Below, piece after piece: positions 18,838 to 27,556 of a stretch of DNA of 64,000 nucleotides (positions within the stretch are counted from its first letter, which is position 1; every line of letters starts with the position of its first letter). Both the position numbers and the translations under genes were made by a program. The stretch is from contig DAOQAL010000001.1 of the NCBI GenBank assembly GCA_035353995.1, positions 70,867-134,866 on the forward strand. Reading direction: 5' to 3'. The DNA is from Minisyncoccota bacterium (lineage in GTDB: Bacteria > Patescibacteriota > Minisyncoccia > Phycocordibacterales > UBA9973). Under the pieces are notes generated by a model. That model saw only the letters and a program-made list of their open reading frames with translations. It ran no database searches and had not been told where the DNA came from.

Positions 18838-19803
18838 ATGTTTAAAAAGGGTTTAATTATATTTTTTACGTTAATTTGTTTATTTTTTGGATCACAAGTT
18901 AATGCACAAGTAAAAAGTGGTAATATCGTACTTAGTATAAGTCCCCAATACCCTAAAGCTGGAGAAGAAGTTCAAGCTTCTGTTTCAACATATTCGACAG
19001 ATTTAAATAATTCTAGAATTTCTTGGATAGTTAATGGAACAACAAAACTTGAAGGAGTTGGTAAAAAAACTTTTTCTTTTAGAATGGAAAATTCTGATTT
19101 TCAAACAGTTCTTGAAGTAAAAATTGAAACGCTTGATGGTTCTACAATAAATAAACAAATTACGATATCATCAACTAATGTTGATATGCTTTGGGAAGCG
19201 TATAACACATATACTCCTCCGTTTTATAAGGGAAAAACGTTGGCCACAACAGAAGGAATGATAAAAGTTGTGGCTTTTCCTAATACAACTAATTTAATTG
19301 GTTTTAATTATAAATGGGAAATGGATAATAAAAGCAAACAAGATTCTTCTGGATATGGAAGAAATTATTTTATATATAAAAATAGTTTTTTAGAAGATAG
19401 TAATACTATAGGAGTAAATGTTTCAGATATTTTTGGAAATAGTATAGGAGAAGGCACAACTACAATAAAACCAGGCAGTCCTATAATAAATTTTTATAGG
19501 AAAGACAGGAATCTTGGAATTAAATGGGAAAATATTTTAGAAAATGGATTTTCAATTAATAGAGAAGACGGTGACACAATTATAGTTGAACCATATTTTC
19601 TTTACCCGAAAGATTTTAATTCTGCAGATATATCTTGGGATTGGTTGATTAATGGAGAAAAAGTTCAAAACCAGAATCCTAAAAATTCTCTTTCAGTAAA
19701 ATTAGCAAACGAGGAATCAGGAAATGCAATAATAAAAGTTATGATTAGTAATACTAAAACACTTTTTGAAAGTGTTGAAAAACAATTAAATGTCAATTTC
19801 TAA
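18838..19803 (+). CDS. Secreted protein (321 aa), probable beta-sandwich repeats
   Basis: Signal peptide (LIIFFTLICLFFGSQVNA). No catalytic motifs. Lies in-operon between the VirB4-like gene and the hydrolase. Confidence 0.55.
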   Translation: MFKKGLIIFFTLICLFFGSQVNAQVKSGNIVLSISPQYPKAGEEVQASVSTYSTDLNNSRISWIVNGTTKLEGVGKKTFSFRMENSDFQTVLEVKIETLDGSTINKQITISSTNVDMLWEAYNTYTPPFYKGKTLATTEGMIKVVAFPNTTNLIGFNYKWEMDNKSKQDSSGYGRNYFIYKNSFLEDSNTIGVNVSDIFGNSIGEGTTTIKPGSPIINFYRKDRNLGIKWENILENGFSINREDGDTIIVEPYFLYPKDFNSADISWDWLINGEKVQNQNPKNSLSVKLANEESGNAIIKVMISNTKTLFESVEKQLNVNF

Positions 19804-21070
19804 ATCAAAAAAAATAATTATTTTTTTTCTGCTTATAATATTTTGTGGCAGTATTATTTTACCAGCTAGTGTTCTTGCAGTAGATCAAACAATATCAATT
19901 CAATGTTATTCAATAAACCAAAATGGGACTACGAAAAAATGGTCTCTTGGTTTTAAAATAAGTACTACAAATGTTGCAAATGGAACGAAAATTTATGATT
20001 ATTTATATGAAGATGGTATCAACTTAACAGAAGGAAACAAAATTTCTACTATCAAAGATGATTACGCAGAGTATCTTACTGGACAAATACTAGACTCAGA
20101 AACAAAATACACAGTAACAGCGACAGTAGTAGGCACGCCAAAGCTAACTACTTCTGTAAGCATTACAACACCTAAAGATGGAGAACAAGCAACTTCTTGT
20201 ACACCTTCAAACCCAGAAACTTCCCAAACAATCAAAAATACCATAAACACAGACAAAGAAACAAACAAAGAAACAGAAACAACATATACACTTCTTGCGC
20301 CATTGCCTGGATTAGAGGGTACAATTGATACAAAAATAAGTGCTGAAAATCCTTGCCCATTTGGAAACTACTTAAATATTATTATAAAACTATTTTTGGG
20401 AGTCTGTGCTGTCCTGGCTGTAGTCATGATTGTGATTGGTGGTATAGAATACATGACTAGTGATTTAGTTTCATCCAAAGAGTCTGGTAAAAAAATGATA
20501 ACTAATGCCATATTGGGTCTTCTACTCGGGCTCGGGGCATACGTTATATTGTCTGAACTAAACCCAGACTTGCTCAAAGTGTGCTTAAATAGTTTACCAG
20601 AAGTATCAATGGTTGCAGATGACAATGTTCCACAATCTCCAATTAATGGTAAATACTGCACTAATACATATGGAACAAATGGCGGATATACTGCAGGAGC
20701 AGATTGGTCTGCTATTGCTGGGAAAGCATCCACTTTACCAAGTGGAGTAAAAACTAATAACCCAGAGTGTACAAAAGTTGGAGAAAAAAATTGCACAAGT
20801 TTGCGTGGATTAAATCTCAGTACAATAAAAACTATTCAGTCAAAATGCACTTCTTGCGGAACAATAACAATAACTGGTGGAACTGAATGTTGGTTACATG
20901 GTGGATCAAAACAGAAAACAACACACCACATAAAAAGTCCAACCATAGACTTACGTCTCGAAACAAAATTGGATTCTTATATAAAATCAGGAACAAAAAA
21001 TGGATCCTGGTATAAAAAGGATGGAATTTTGTATTTATTAGAATCAAAACATTGGCACGTAGGAAATTAA
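19790..21070 (+). CDS. Secreted/membrane protein combining a VirB2/TrbC-like two-helix hairpin with a C-terminal peptidase-M15-like (VanY/L,D-peptidase) cell-wall hydrolase domain
   Basis: Signal peptide. Mid-protein TM1 (LFLGVCAVLAVVMIVIGGIEYM), short charged loop, then TM2 (ILGLLLGLGAYVILS). C-terminus has THHIKSPTIDL (matching the SxHxxGxAxD pattern) and ESKHWHV (matching ExWH), as in M15 peptidases. 8 Cys in the C-terminal domain. Confidence 0.6.
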   Translation: MSISKSKKIIIFFLLIIFCGSIILPASVLAVDQTISIQCYSINQNGTTKKWSLGFKISTTNVANGTKIYDYLYEDGINLTEGNKISTIKDDYAEYLTGQILDSETKYTVTATVVGTPKLTTSVSITTPKDGEQATSCTPSNPETSQTIKNTINTDKETNKETETTYTLLAPLPGLEGTIDTKISAENPCPFGNYLNIIIKLFLGVCAVLAVVMIVIGGIEYMTSDLVSSKESGKKMITNAILGLLLGLGAYVILSELNPDLLKVCLNSLPEVSMVADDNVPQSPINGKYCTNTYGTNGGYTAGADWSAIAGKASTLPSGVKTNNPECTKVGEKNCTSLRGLNLSTIKTIQSKCTSCGTITITGGTECWLHGGSKQKTTHHIKSPTIDLRLETKLDSYIKSGTKNGSWYKKDGILYLLESKHWHVGN

Positions 21071-21074
21071 AAAT

Positions 21075-22418
21075 ATGTCAAAAAGAAAAATAATAACAAT
21101 ATTAGTCACAATAATAGCAGTGTTTTTAGTTACTTGGACACTACTAAGTTTTTATAAATCATCAAAAAATACTACTGGAGAAAATACAACAGGAACAAAT
21201 TTTCTTTCTGAATTTTTCCCATTTGGAAAAAATAAAACAAACACAACAGAAAATAATGGGACACCTACAGATATCTCAGGTTATACAACGTCAGAAGATG
21301 GAACATTAGTAGAAAAATTAACAAAAGTTTCAAGTATGCCAGTGGCTGGCTATGGTGTTTTTACAAAAGAAAGATATAAAGAGATAGAAGTACCTGTTAA
21401 TAATACAGAAAATATTATTGAAAATTCCAGCACAGAAGAAAGTTCACAAATCCCAACCCCTCCACAAACAGAATTTATACCAATGATAAGATATGTAGAA
21501 AGAGCTACAGGAAATATTTTTCAAACTTACGCAGATAAAATAGAAGAGAGGAAATTTACAACAACAGTAATTCCACAAATATATGAATCATATTTTGGAG
21601 ACGAAGGAAACTCTGTAGTGATGAGATATCTAAAAGATGACAACAAAACAATAGAAACATATATTGGAAAATTACCAGAACAAATATTAGGTGGAGATAC
21701 TTTAAATAATGGAGACATATCAGGATCTTTTTTGCCAGAAAATATTACAGATATAAGTGTTTCACCTGATGCACTTTCTGTATTTTATGTTTTTAATAGT
21801 GGCAACAATGCAATCGGTTCTATTGCCAAAACTTCCAACAACACAAGAAATCAAATTTTTAGTTCTCCTTTTACAGAATGGTTATCATTTTGGCCAAATG
21901 ACAGAATGATTACAATTACAACAAAACCTTCTTATAATGTAACTGGTTATATGTATTCGATCGATCCTAATACAAAGAAAATGACAAAAATACTCAGTGA
22001 TATAAATGGGCTTACAACACTTACAAGTCCAAGCGGAAAGATTATATTGTATTCTGGTAATGATCTTTCATTGCGAATATATAATTTAGATACAAGAGAA
22101 TCAACTTCAACAGGTATAAAAACTTTGCCTGAAAAATGTACTTGGAGTAAAACAAATACTATATTGTATTGTTCTGTGCCAAAATATATTGATGGAATAA
22201 AATATCCAGATACATGGTATATGGGGGAAGTATCATTTTCCGATGAAATATGGAAAATAAATATAGAAAATGGAACTACAACATTGCTTGCAGATCCTAT
22301 TTCTTTCTCAAAAGGTGAAGAAATTGATGGTATAAAACTATCTTTAGATGAAAAAGAAAATTATTTACTCTTAATAAATAAGAAAGATTCCTATCTTTGG
22401 GAACTTGTTCTCTATTAG
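21075..22418 (+). CDS. Signal-anchored protein with TolB/PD40-like beta-propeller repeats; last gene of the operon
   Basis: N-terminal TM (IITILVTIIAVFLVTWTLLSFY). Repeated PD40-like strands (SPDALSVFYVFNSGNNAIGSI, TSPSGKIILYSGN). Confidence 0.6.
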   Translation: MSKRKIITILVTIIAVFLVTWTLLSFYKSSKNTTGENTTGTNFLSEFFPFGKNKTNTTENNGTPTDISGYTTSEDGTLVEKLTKVSSMPVAGYGVFTKERYKEIEVPVNNTENIIENSSTEESSQIPTPPQTEFIPMIRYVERATGNIFQTYADKIEERKFTTTVIPQIYESYFGDEGNSVVMRYLKDDNKTIETYIGKLPEQILGGDTLNNGDISGSFLPENITDISVSPDALSVFYVFNSGNNAIGSIAKTSNNTRNQIFSSPFTEWLSFWPNDRMITITTKPSYNVTGYMYSIDPNTKKMTKILSDINGLTTLTSPSGKIILYSGNDLSLRIYNLDTRESTSTGIKTLPEKCTWSKTNTILYCSVPKYIDGIKYPDTWYMGEVSFSDEIWKINIENGTTTLLADPISFSKGEEIDGIKLSLDEKENYLLLINKKDSYLWELVLY

Positions 22419-22435
22419 AAATAGGGGATTAAAAA

Positions 22436-22930
22436 TTATAGATTTCCTATATATTTAATTACAACTCTACGAGAAAGTCCTTCTCCTGTTGATTCTGTTT
22501 TTAAATCAGTAGCCTCAGCTAAAAATTCATGAACAATTCTTCTTTCAAAAGCTGTCATTGGATCAACTTCTATATTTGATTTAAAATATCTAGCGCGTTC
22601 AGCCATCATATGTGCAATAGCATGTATATTTTCAATTCTTTTCTTTTGAAAACCATTAATATCAACTAATATTGCTGGATAGCTCATCTCTTTTTGTTCA
22701 GTATTTTTATCATCGGTGACATTACTTGCTTCAACTATCTTTTTAACTAAATGATTTAAAGCAAAAAGAGCCTCTCCGCCATGATTAATGAAGAAATGAG
22801 GTTGATTCACCTCTACGCTAAACCAAGTTGTTTTTGACCCATTTTCTTCTGAAATTGTAATATCTTTTACTGGAACAGTAGTTTTTTCTATTAATTCCTT
22901 TATTAAATTTTGAATATCTGTATTGTTCAT
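22436..22930 (-). CDS. jag: Jag/KhpB-like KH+R3H RNA-binding protein
   Basis: 164 aa with a C-terminal R3H-like region (FERRIVHEFLAE...GEGLSRRVVI). Conserved position downstream of yidC. Confidence 0.75.
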   Translation of the reverse strand: MNNTDIQNLIKELIEKTTVPVKDITISEENGSKTTWFSVEVNQPHFFINHGGEALFALNHLVKKIVEASNVTDDKNTEQKEMSYPAILVDINGFQKKRIENIHAIAHMMAERARYFKSNIEVDPMTAFERRIVHEFLAEATDLKTESTGEGLSRRVVIKYIGNL

Positions 22931-22931
22931 A

Positions 22932-23657
22932 TTATTGTTTAGAAATTGGTGTTAATTTCCTTTTCTTATTTGAATAAAGTTGTTGACCTATTGCAAATAA
23001 ATTATTTGTAACCCAATACAATGCAACTGCGCCAGATATACTATAAGCGATAAATGCAACTATAATTGGAAAAACATATTTCATTTGCACATTCATACTT
23101 TTTGCAAAACTATCTTGAAAAGAGCTAGCTCCGCTTTGTGTACTTGGTTTTGGCATAAAATATGCTTGAAAAAACTGAGTAATACCAGCAAGTATTGCTA
23201 AAATCAAGCTCTTGCTTCCAAGATCTAAAATTCCCAAAAAGTTCATATTAATATTTTGTGGTACTGGAGTAAAGGAATATAAATAACTACTATCAAATTT
23301 CAAACCCTTCAAAAATACATAATACAAAGCAAAAATAATTGGTATCTGTATTAAAACCAAAAAACAACCAGAAAATGGATTTGTTTTATGTTTTTTATAA
23401 AGTTCTAATGTTTGTTGTGCTTGTTCTTCTTTGCTTGCTTTACTGTTTTTTATTTTTTGTAATTCTGGATTAAGCAAATTCATTTTTGCTTGGTTATCAA
23501 TAGAACGCTGAGAAAGAGGGAATAGAAAAGTCTTTACAATAAGAGTTAATATTATAACAGCTACACCAACGTCACCCCCAGGAACAACTGAGACAATAAA
23601 AGCCAAAATGTTAACTAATGGCTTGTATAAAGCAACATCCCAAATATGAGTTATCAT
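22932..23657 (-). CDS. yidC: YidC/Oxa1-type membrane protein insertase (short form)
   Basis: 241 aa. Conserved region NPFSGCFLVLIQIPIIFALYYV, five TM helices. Synteny rnpA-yidD-yidC-jag. Confidence 0.85.
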   Translation of the reverse strand: MITHIWDVALYKPLVNILAFIVSVVPGGDVGVAVIILTLIVKTFLFPLSQRSIDNQAKMNLLNPELQKIKNSKASKEEQAQQTLELYKKHKTNPFSGCFLVLIQIPIIFALYYVFLKGLKFDSSYLYSFTPVPQNINMNFLGILDLGSKSLILAILAGITQFFQAYFMPKPSTQSGASSFQDSFAKSMNVQMKYVFPIIVAFIAYSISGAVALYWVTNNLFAIGQQLYSNKKRKLTPISKQ

Positions 23658-23731
23658 TACCTTATCTTATATTAAAAAATTAAAAAAATCTACCTTAAAA
23701 GTAAGAATAGAATAAAAATAAAAAAGAAACC

Positions 23732-23983
23732 TTATTTTAATGGGTCAAAATGATTTTTTTGCCAAGGATGACATCGCAAAATACGTAAGACCCCAAGATA
23801 AATTCCTTTTAAGACTCCATATTTTTGTATAGCCTCTATTGTATAGTTAGAACAAGATGGGTAAAAAACACAAACAGGTTTTTTAACTAATCCTATCTGT
23901 TTTAAGATACCAGTATCAAGAGAAAGTGTTTTTTGATAGAAAATAATTAAGAAAATTATTATATTTTCAATCTTTTTTTTCAT
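23732..23983 (-). CDS. yidD: Membrane protein insertion efficiency factor YidD
   Basis: 83 aa with the CVFYPSCSNY motif characteristic of YidD. Confidence 0.8.
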   Translation of the reverse strand: MKKKIENIIIFLIIFYQKTLSLDTGILKQIGLVKKPVCVFYPSCSNYTIEAIQKYGVLKGIYLGVLRILRCHPWQKNHFDPLK

Positions 23984-23984
23984 T

Positions 23985-24353
23985 TTAAATACGTAGCTTG
24001 TTTAAAATAACTAAAATCTCTTTATCTATTTGAGCAATAGAGTCTTGTCTTTCTTTTTTATTTCTTTTTTTCCCAAATATAGCCATACTTTTAGACCCAA
24101 AAATAAAGGCACCACAAAAACCACGGGGAAATCTATCTAAATATTTTTCTAAAATAGAATAACCTCTTCTTCTTAAAAGATTTCTATCTACCGCTTTTTT
24201 TGAAATATTTTTCGGAGTAATAAAAGATATTTTCTTTTCAATAGTATTATTAGTTATATATTTCAAGCTCAAAATGCCAGAAGATAAAAATCTTCCTTCT
24301 TTAAATATATTATCGATAGTTCTTTTATCAGCCCTATTCTTTTTAGGAAGCAT
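23985..24353 (-). CDS. rnpA: RNase P protein component
   Basis: 122 aa, basic, AVDRNLLRRRGYSIL motif. Immediately downstream of rpmH. Confidence 0.8.
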   Translation of the reverse strand: MLPKKNRADKRTIDNIFKEGRFLSSGILSLKYITNNTIEKKISFITPKNISKKAVDRNLLRRRGYSILEKYLDRFPRGFCGAFIFGSKSMAIFGKKRNKKERQDSIAQIDKEILVILNKLRI

Positions 24354-24354
24354 A

Positions 24355-24489
24355 TTAAACTGAAAGTTTCGCTCGTCCTTTTCTTCTTCTTCTTAAGAGA
24401 ACTTTCTGTCCGGTTTTTGACTTAGATCTAACTAAAAAACCGTGTGCCTTTGCTCTTTTTCTTTTATTCGGTTGATATGTTTGCGACAT
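24355..24489 (-). CDS. rpmH: 50S ribosomal protein L34
   Basis: Not in the ORF track (44 aa). Manual translation: [44 protein letters not shown]. Confidence 0.85.
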   Translation of the reverse strand: MSQTYQPNKRKRAKAHGFLVRSKSKTGQKVLLRRRRKGRAKLSV

Positions 24490-24506
24490 AATTGTAGTAT
24501 ATAACA

Positions 24507-24526
24507 TTATCAACAGTTTATCAACA
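24507..24526. promoter_or_regulatory. Two DnaA-box-like 9-mers (TTATCAACA x2) in the rpmH-dnaA spacer
   Basis: TTATCAACA at 24507-24515 and 24518-24526, each one mismatch from TTATCCACA. Lies within the 139-bp AT-rich divergent region upstream of dnaA. Confidence 0.5.
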
Positions 24527-24628
24527 TAGTTAGTAAGGTTTTTATTTCTCTAACTTTTTCACATTATAGTATAATGTTCAAACATCACTTTAATACTGTA
24601 TGTTTATTAATTAACGAAATCTCATTAA

Positions 24629-25972
24629 ATGGACACAAAACAACTTTGGAAAAATTGCTTGGCTGAAATAGAGGGGAGTGTTTCGAAAGCAAACTTTAGT
24701 ACTTGGTTTAAAAACACTTCTATATTAAAAGAAGACGCGGGTATTATTTATGTAGCAGTTCCTAACGAATTTGTAAGAGATTGGTTAAAAAATAAATATC
24801 ATAAATTAATAACTAAAACAATAGCAGACACTTATGAAAGTATGCGTGCTGTTGAATACGTTATTACAAGGACAGATGCTATAAAACAAGAATTACCAAG
24901 GACAAATGACTCTTTTATAAAGCAAGAATTACCACTAAAAGATCTTTATATTAACCCTGAAGATAATTTAAACCCAAGATATCAATTTAATTCTTTTATC
25001 GTTGGTTCATTCAACGAACTTGCTTATGCTGCCTCACAAGCGATTATTGAAAGTCCTGGAACGAAATATAATCCATTCTTTGTTTATGGAGCTACAGGGC
25101 TTGGAAAAACACACTTAATACAAGCTGTTGGAAATTCAATAAAAGAAAAATATCAGAATAAAAAAGTACATTACTTAACTTTAGAAAAGTTTGCTACAGA
25201 TTTTATTAATTCATTACAAAACAATAAAGCAAATTCTTTTAAGGAAAAATATCGTAAATATGATCTTTTAATCATAGACGATATACAATTCATAGGAAAG
25301 ATGGAAAAAATACAAGAAGAATTATTCCATACATTCAATACTTTCTATGAAAACAACAAACAAATAATATTTTCCTCAGATAAACACCCAAATTATATTC
25401 CAGAGCTAGCTGACAGATTAAAGTCTCGTTTTGCAGCTGGAATGATTGTAGATGTTACAGAACCAGAATATGAATCACGATTAGCTATATTAAAGGTAAA
25501 ATTACGTGAACAAAATATAGAACTTGGCCAAGAAATCATTGAATATGTTGCATCAAACATAAGAGGTAACATTCGTGAGCTTGAGGGTAGCTTAAATACG
25601 ATTATATGCCAATATCGCTTGAAAAATAGCACTCTTTCAATTTCTGAGGTCAAAACATTATTAAAAAATAATATGAAGCCTAAGAAAAATGTTTCAGTAA
25701 AGGATGTAGCAAAAATAGTAGGGGATTATTATAACTTAGAAGAAACTTCAATTTATGAAAAAACAAGAAGAAAAGAGATAGTGAAAGCAAGACAAATAGT
25801 AATGTTTTTATTAAGAGAAGACTTCAATGTTTCATATCCTTTAATTGGGCAAAAACTTGGCGGGAAAGATCACACTACGGTAATACATTCTTATTTGAAA
25901 ATTAAAAATGATTTAAAAAACGATCCACAGCTTTTACAAGAAATAGAACAAATAAGAATCATGTTTAAATAG
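24629..25972 (+). CDS. dnaA: Chromosomal replication initiator DnaA
   Basis: Walker A GATGLGKTHL, sensor motifs, and C-terminal DNA-binding domain (KDHTTVIHS). Confidence 0.95.
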   Translation: MDTKQLWKNCLAEIEGSVSKANFSTWFKNTSILKEDAGIIYVAVPNEFVRDWLKNKYHKLITKTIADTYESMRAVEYVITRTDAIKQELPRTNDSFIKQELPLKDLYINPEDNLNPRYQFNSFIVGSFNELAYAASQAIIESPGTKYNPFFVYGATGLGKTHLIQAVGNSIKEKYQNKKVHYLTLEKFATDFINSLQNNKANSFKEKYRKYDLLIIDDIQFIGKMEKIQEELFHTFNTFYENNKQIIFSSDKHPNYIPELADRLKSRFAAGMIVDVTEPEYESRLAILKVKLREQNIELGQEIIEYVASNIRGNIRELEGSLNTIICQYRLKNSTLSISEVKTLLKNNMKPKKNVSVKDVAKIVGDYYNLEETSIYEKTRRKEIVKARQIVMFLLREDFNVSYPLIGQKLGGKDHTTVIHSYLKIKNDLKNDPQLLQEIEQIRIMFK

Positions 25973-26196
25973 TTGTTGAAAAGCAGTTGAAATGGAAATG
26001 ATAACGAGAAATAAAAATGTTAATAAAAATTATTTTTTAAAAATTATTCAAAAGAAAAATAAAATACAAAAAATTATTAGACTTAGAAAAAAAATAATTA
26101 ATTAAAAATAGTTAACAGAATCAATATTAAAATAACTTATCCACTTATCCACACAACTAATAGTAATAATAAATTATATATATAATATATAAACAT
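25973..26196. promoter_or_regulatory. oriC-like AT-rich dnaA-dnaN spacer with tandem consensus DnaA boxes
   Basis: TTATCCACT at 26137-26145 and perfect TTATCCACA at 26145-26153. Flanked by very AT-rich stretches (candidate DNA unwinding element). Confidence 0.7.
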
Positions 26197-27294
26197 ATGA
26201 AAATAGAATGCAACAGTGAAAAAATAAAACAAGCAATTTCTCAAACTGAAAAAATAACAGGTAAGAATCTAACATTGCCTGTTTTGGCTTCAATACTTTT
26301 AATTGCTTCAGGAAAATCTCTTAAACTTCGATCTACAAATTTAAGTCTTGGTGTTGAAGTTGAAATACCATCAAAAGTTGAAAAAGAAGGTATTATGGCT
26401 GTTTCAGGATCTGTTTTATCTAGTATATTTTCTAATATTTCACAAAATGAACAAATAATTCTTGAAGAAGAGAATGGAAATTTATTAATTAAGACAAAAA
26501 AGAGTTTAATTAAATTAAAAGGACAACCTTGCGACGATTTCCCTACAATTCCAGTTGTTTCAGGTAAAACGTTCACAATAGAGTCAAAAAAATTTATTGA
26601 TGGTATAAAATCTGTTTATTACAGTTCTTCTGTTTCTGATATAAAACCAGAAATCTCAAGCGTATTTATATATTCAGATGATGATAATTTAGTTTTTGTT
26701 TCAACCGATTCATTCAGATTGGCTGAGAAAAAAATAAGGATAAAGGGCTTAGAGGAAATACCTGGAATTTTAATACCATTTAAAAACATTTCAGAAATTT
26801 TAAGAATTTTTGGTGATGTAAATGATGAAATAAAGATTTGTTTTAATAAAAATCAAATATCTTTTTCTTCATTAAATATATATCTTACATCAAGAGTTAT
26901 AAATGGCGTCTTTCCTGATTATCGTCAAATTATCCCTAAAGAATATAAAACAGAAGCAATTGTTCTCAAACAAGATTTATTAAATGCTCTTAAAATATCA
27001 AATATTTTTTCAGATAAATTTAATCAAGTTAATCTAAAAATAAAACCAAAAGAAAAAACATTTGAGTTGTCTTCATCTAATAATGATGTTGGAGAAAATA
27101 AAACACATTTAGACGGAGCTTTAACTGGGGAAAATGTAGAACTTGGTTTTAATTATAAATATTTTCTTGATTCTCTCCAATCAATAAATTCAGACAGTAT
27201 TTCTATTAAATTAAATCAAACAATTAAACCATTAGTTGTTTCTGGTGTTTCTGATAATTCATTTATTTATTTAATAATGCCAATGAATAGATAA
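26197..27294 (+). CDS. dnaN: DNA polymerase III beta sliding clamp
   Basis: 365 aa with three-domain clamp architecture. Position after dnaA. Confidence 0.9.
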   Translation: MKIECNSEKIKQAISQTEKITGKNLTLPVLASILLIASGKSLKLRSTNLSLGVEVEIPSKVEKEGIMAVSGSVLSSIFSNISQNEQIILEEENGNLLIKTKKSLIKLKGQPCDDFPTIPVVSGKTFTIESKKFIDGIKSVYYSSSVSDIKPEISSVFIYSDDDNLVFVSTDSFRLAEKKIRIKGLEEIPGILIPFKNISEILRIFGDVNDEIKICFNKNQISFSSLNIYLTSRVINGVFPDYRQIIPKEYKTEAIVLKQDLLNALKISNIFSDKFNQVNLKIKPKEKTFELSSSNNDVGENKTHLDGALTGENVELGFNYKYFLDSLQSINSDSISIKLNQTIKPLVVSGVSDNSFIYLIMPMNR

Positions 27295-27298
27295 TATT

Positions 27299-27556
27299 GT
27301 GATAGAAATAAAAGATCTTTTATTAAGATTTAATGGCTTTCTACTCTCTGAAGAAATAAAGAAAGAATATATTCAGAGTGTTATTTCTGATATTGTAAAT
27401 ATACAAATCAAAAAAGAGGATATTAAAATTAAAAATGGAACTCTTTTTCTAAATATTAAACCAATATACAAAAGTGAAATTTTTATGAAGAGAGATCAAA
27501 TATTTTTTGAACTAGAAAAAAAGCTAGGTAAAAAAGCACCAAAAAATATAAGATAA
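27299..27556 (+). CDS. Small post-dnaN protein (possibly DUF721/DciA-like)
   Basis: 85 aa, basic C-terminus. Assignment rests on position only. Confidence 0.4.
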   Translation: MIEIKDLLLRFNGFLLSEEIKKEYIQSVISDIVNIQIKKEDIKIKNGTLFLNIKPIYKSEIFMKRDQIFFELEKKLGKKAPKNIR

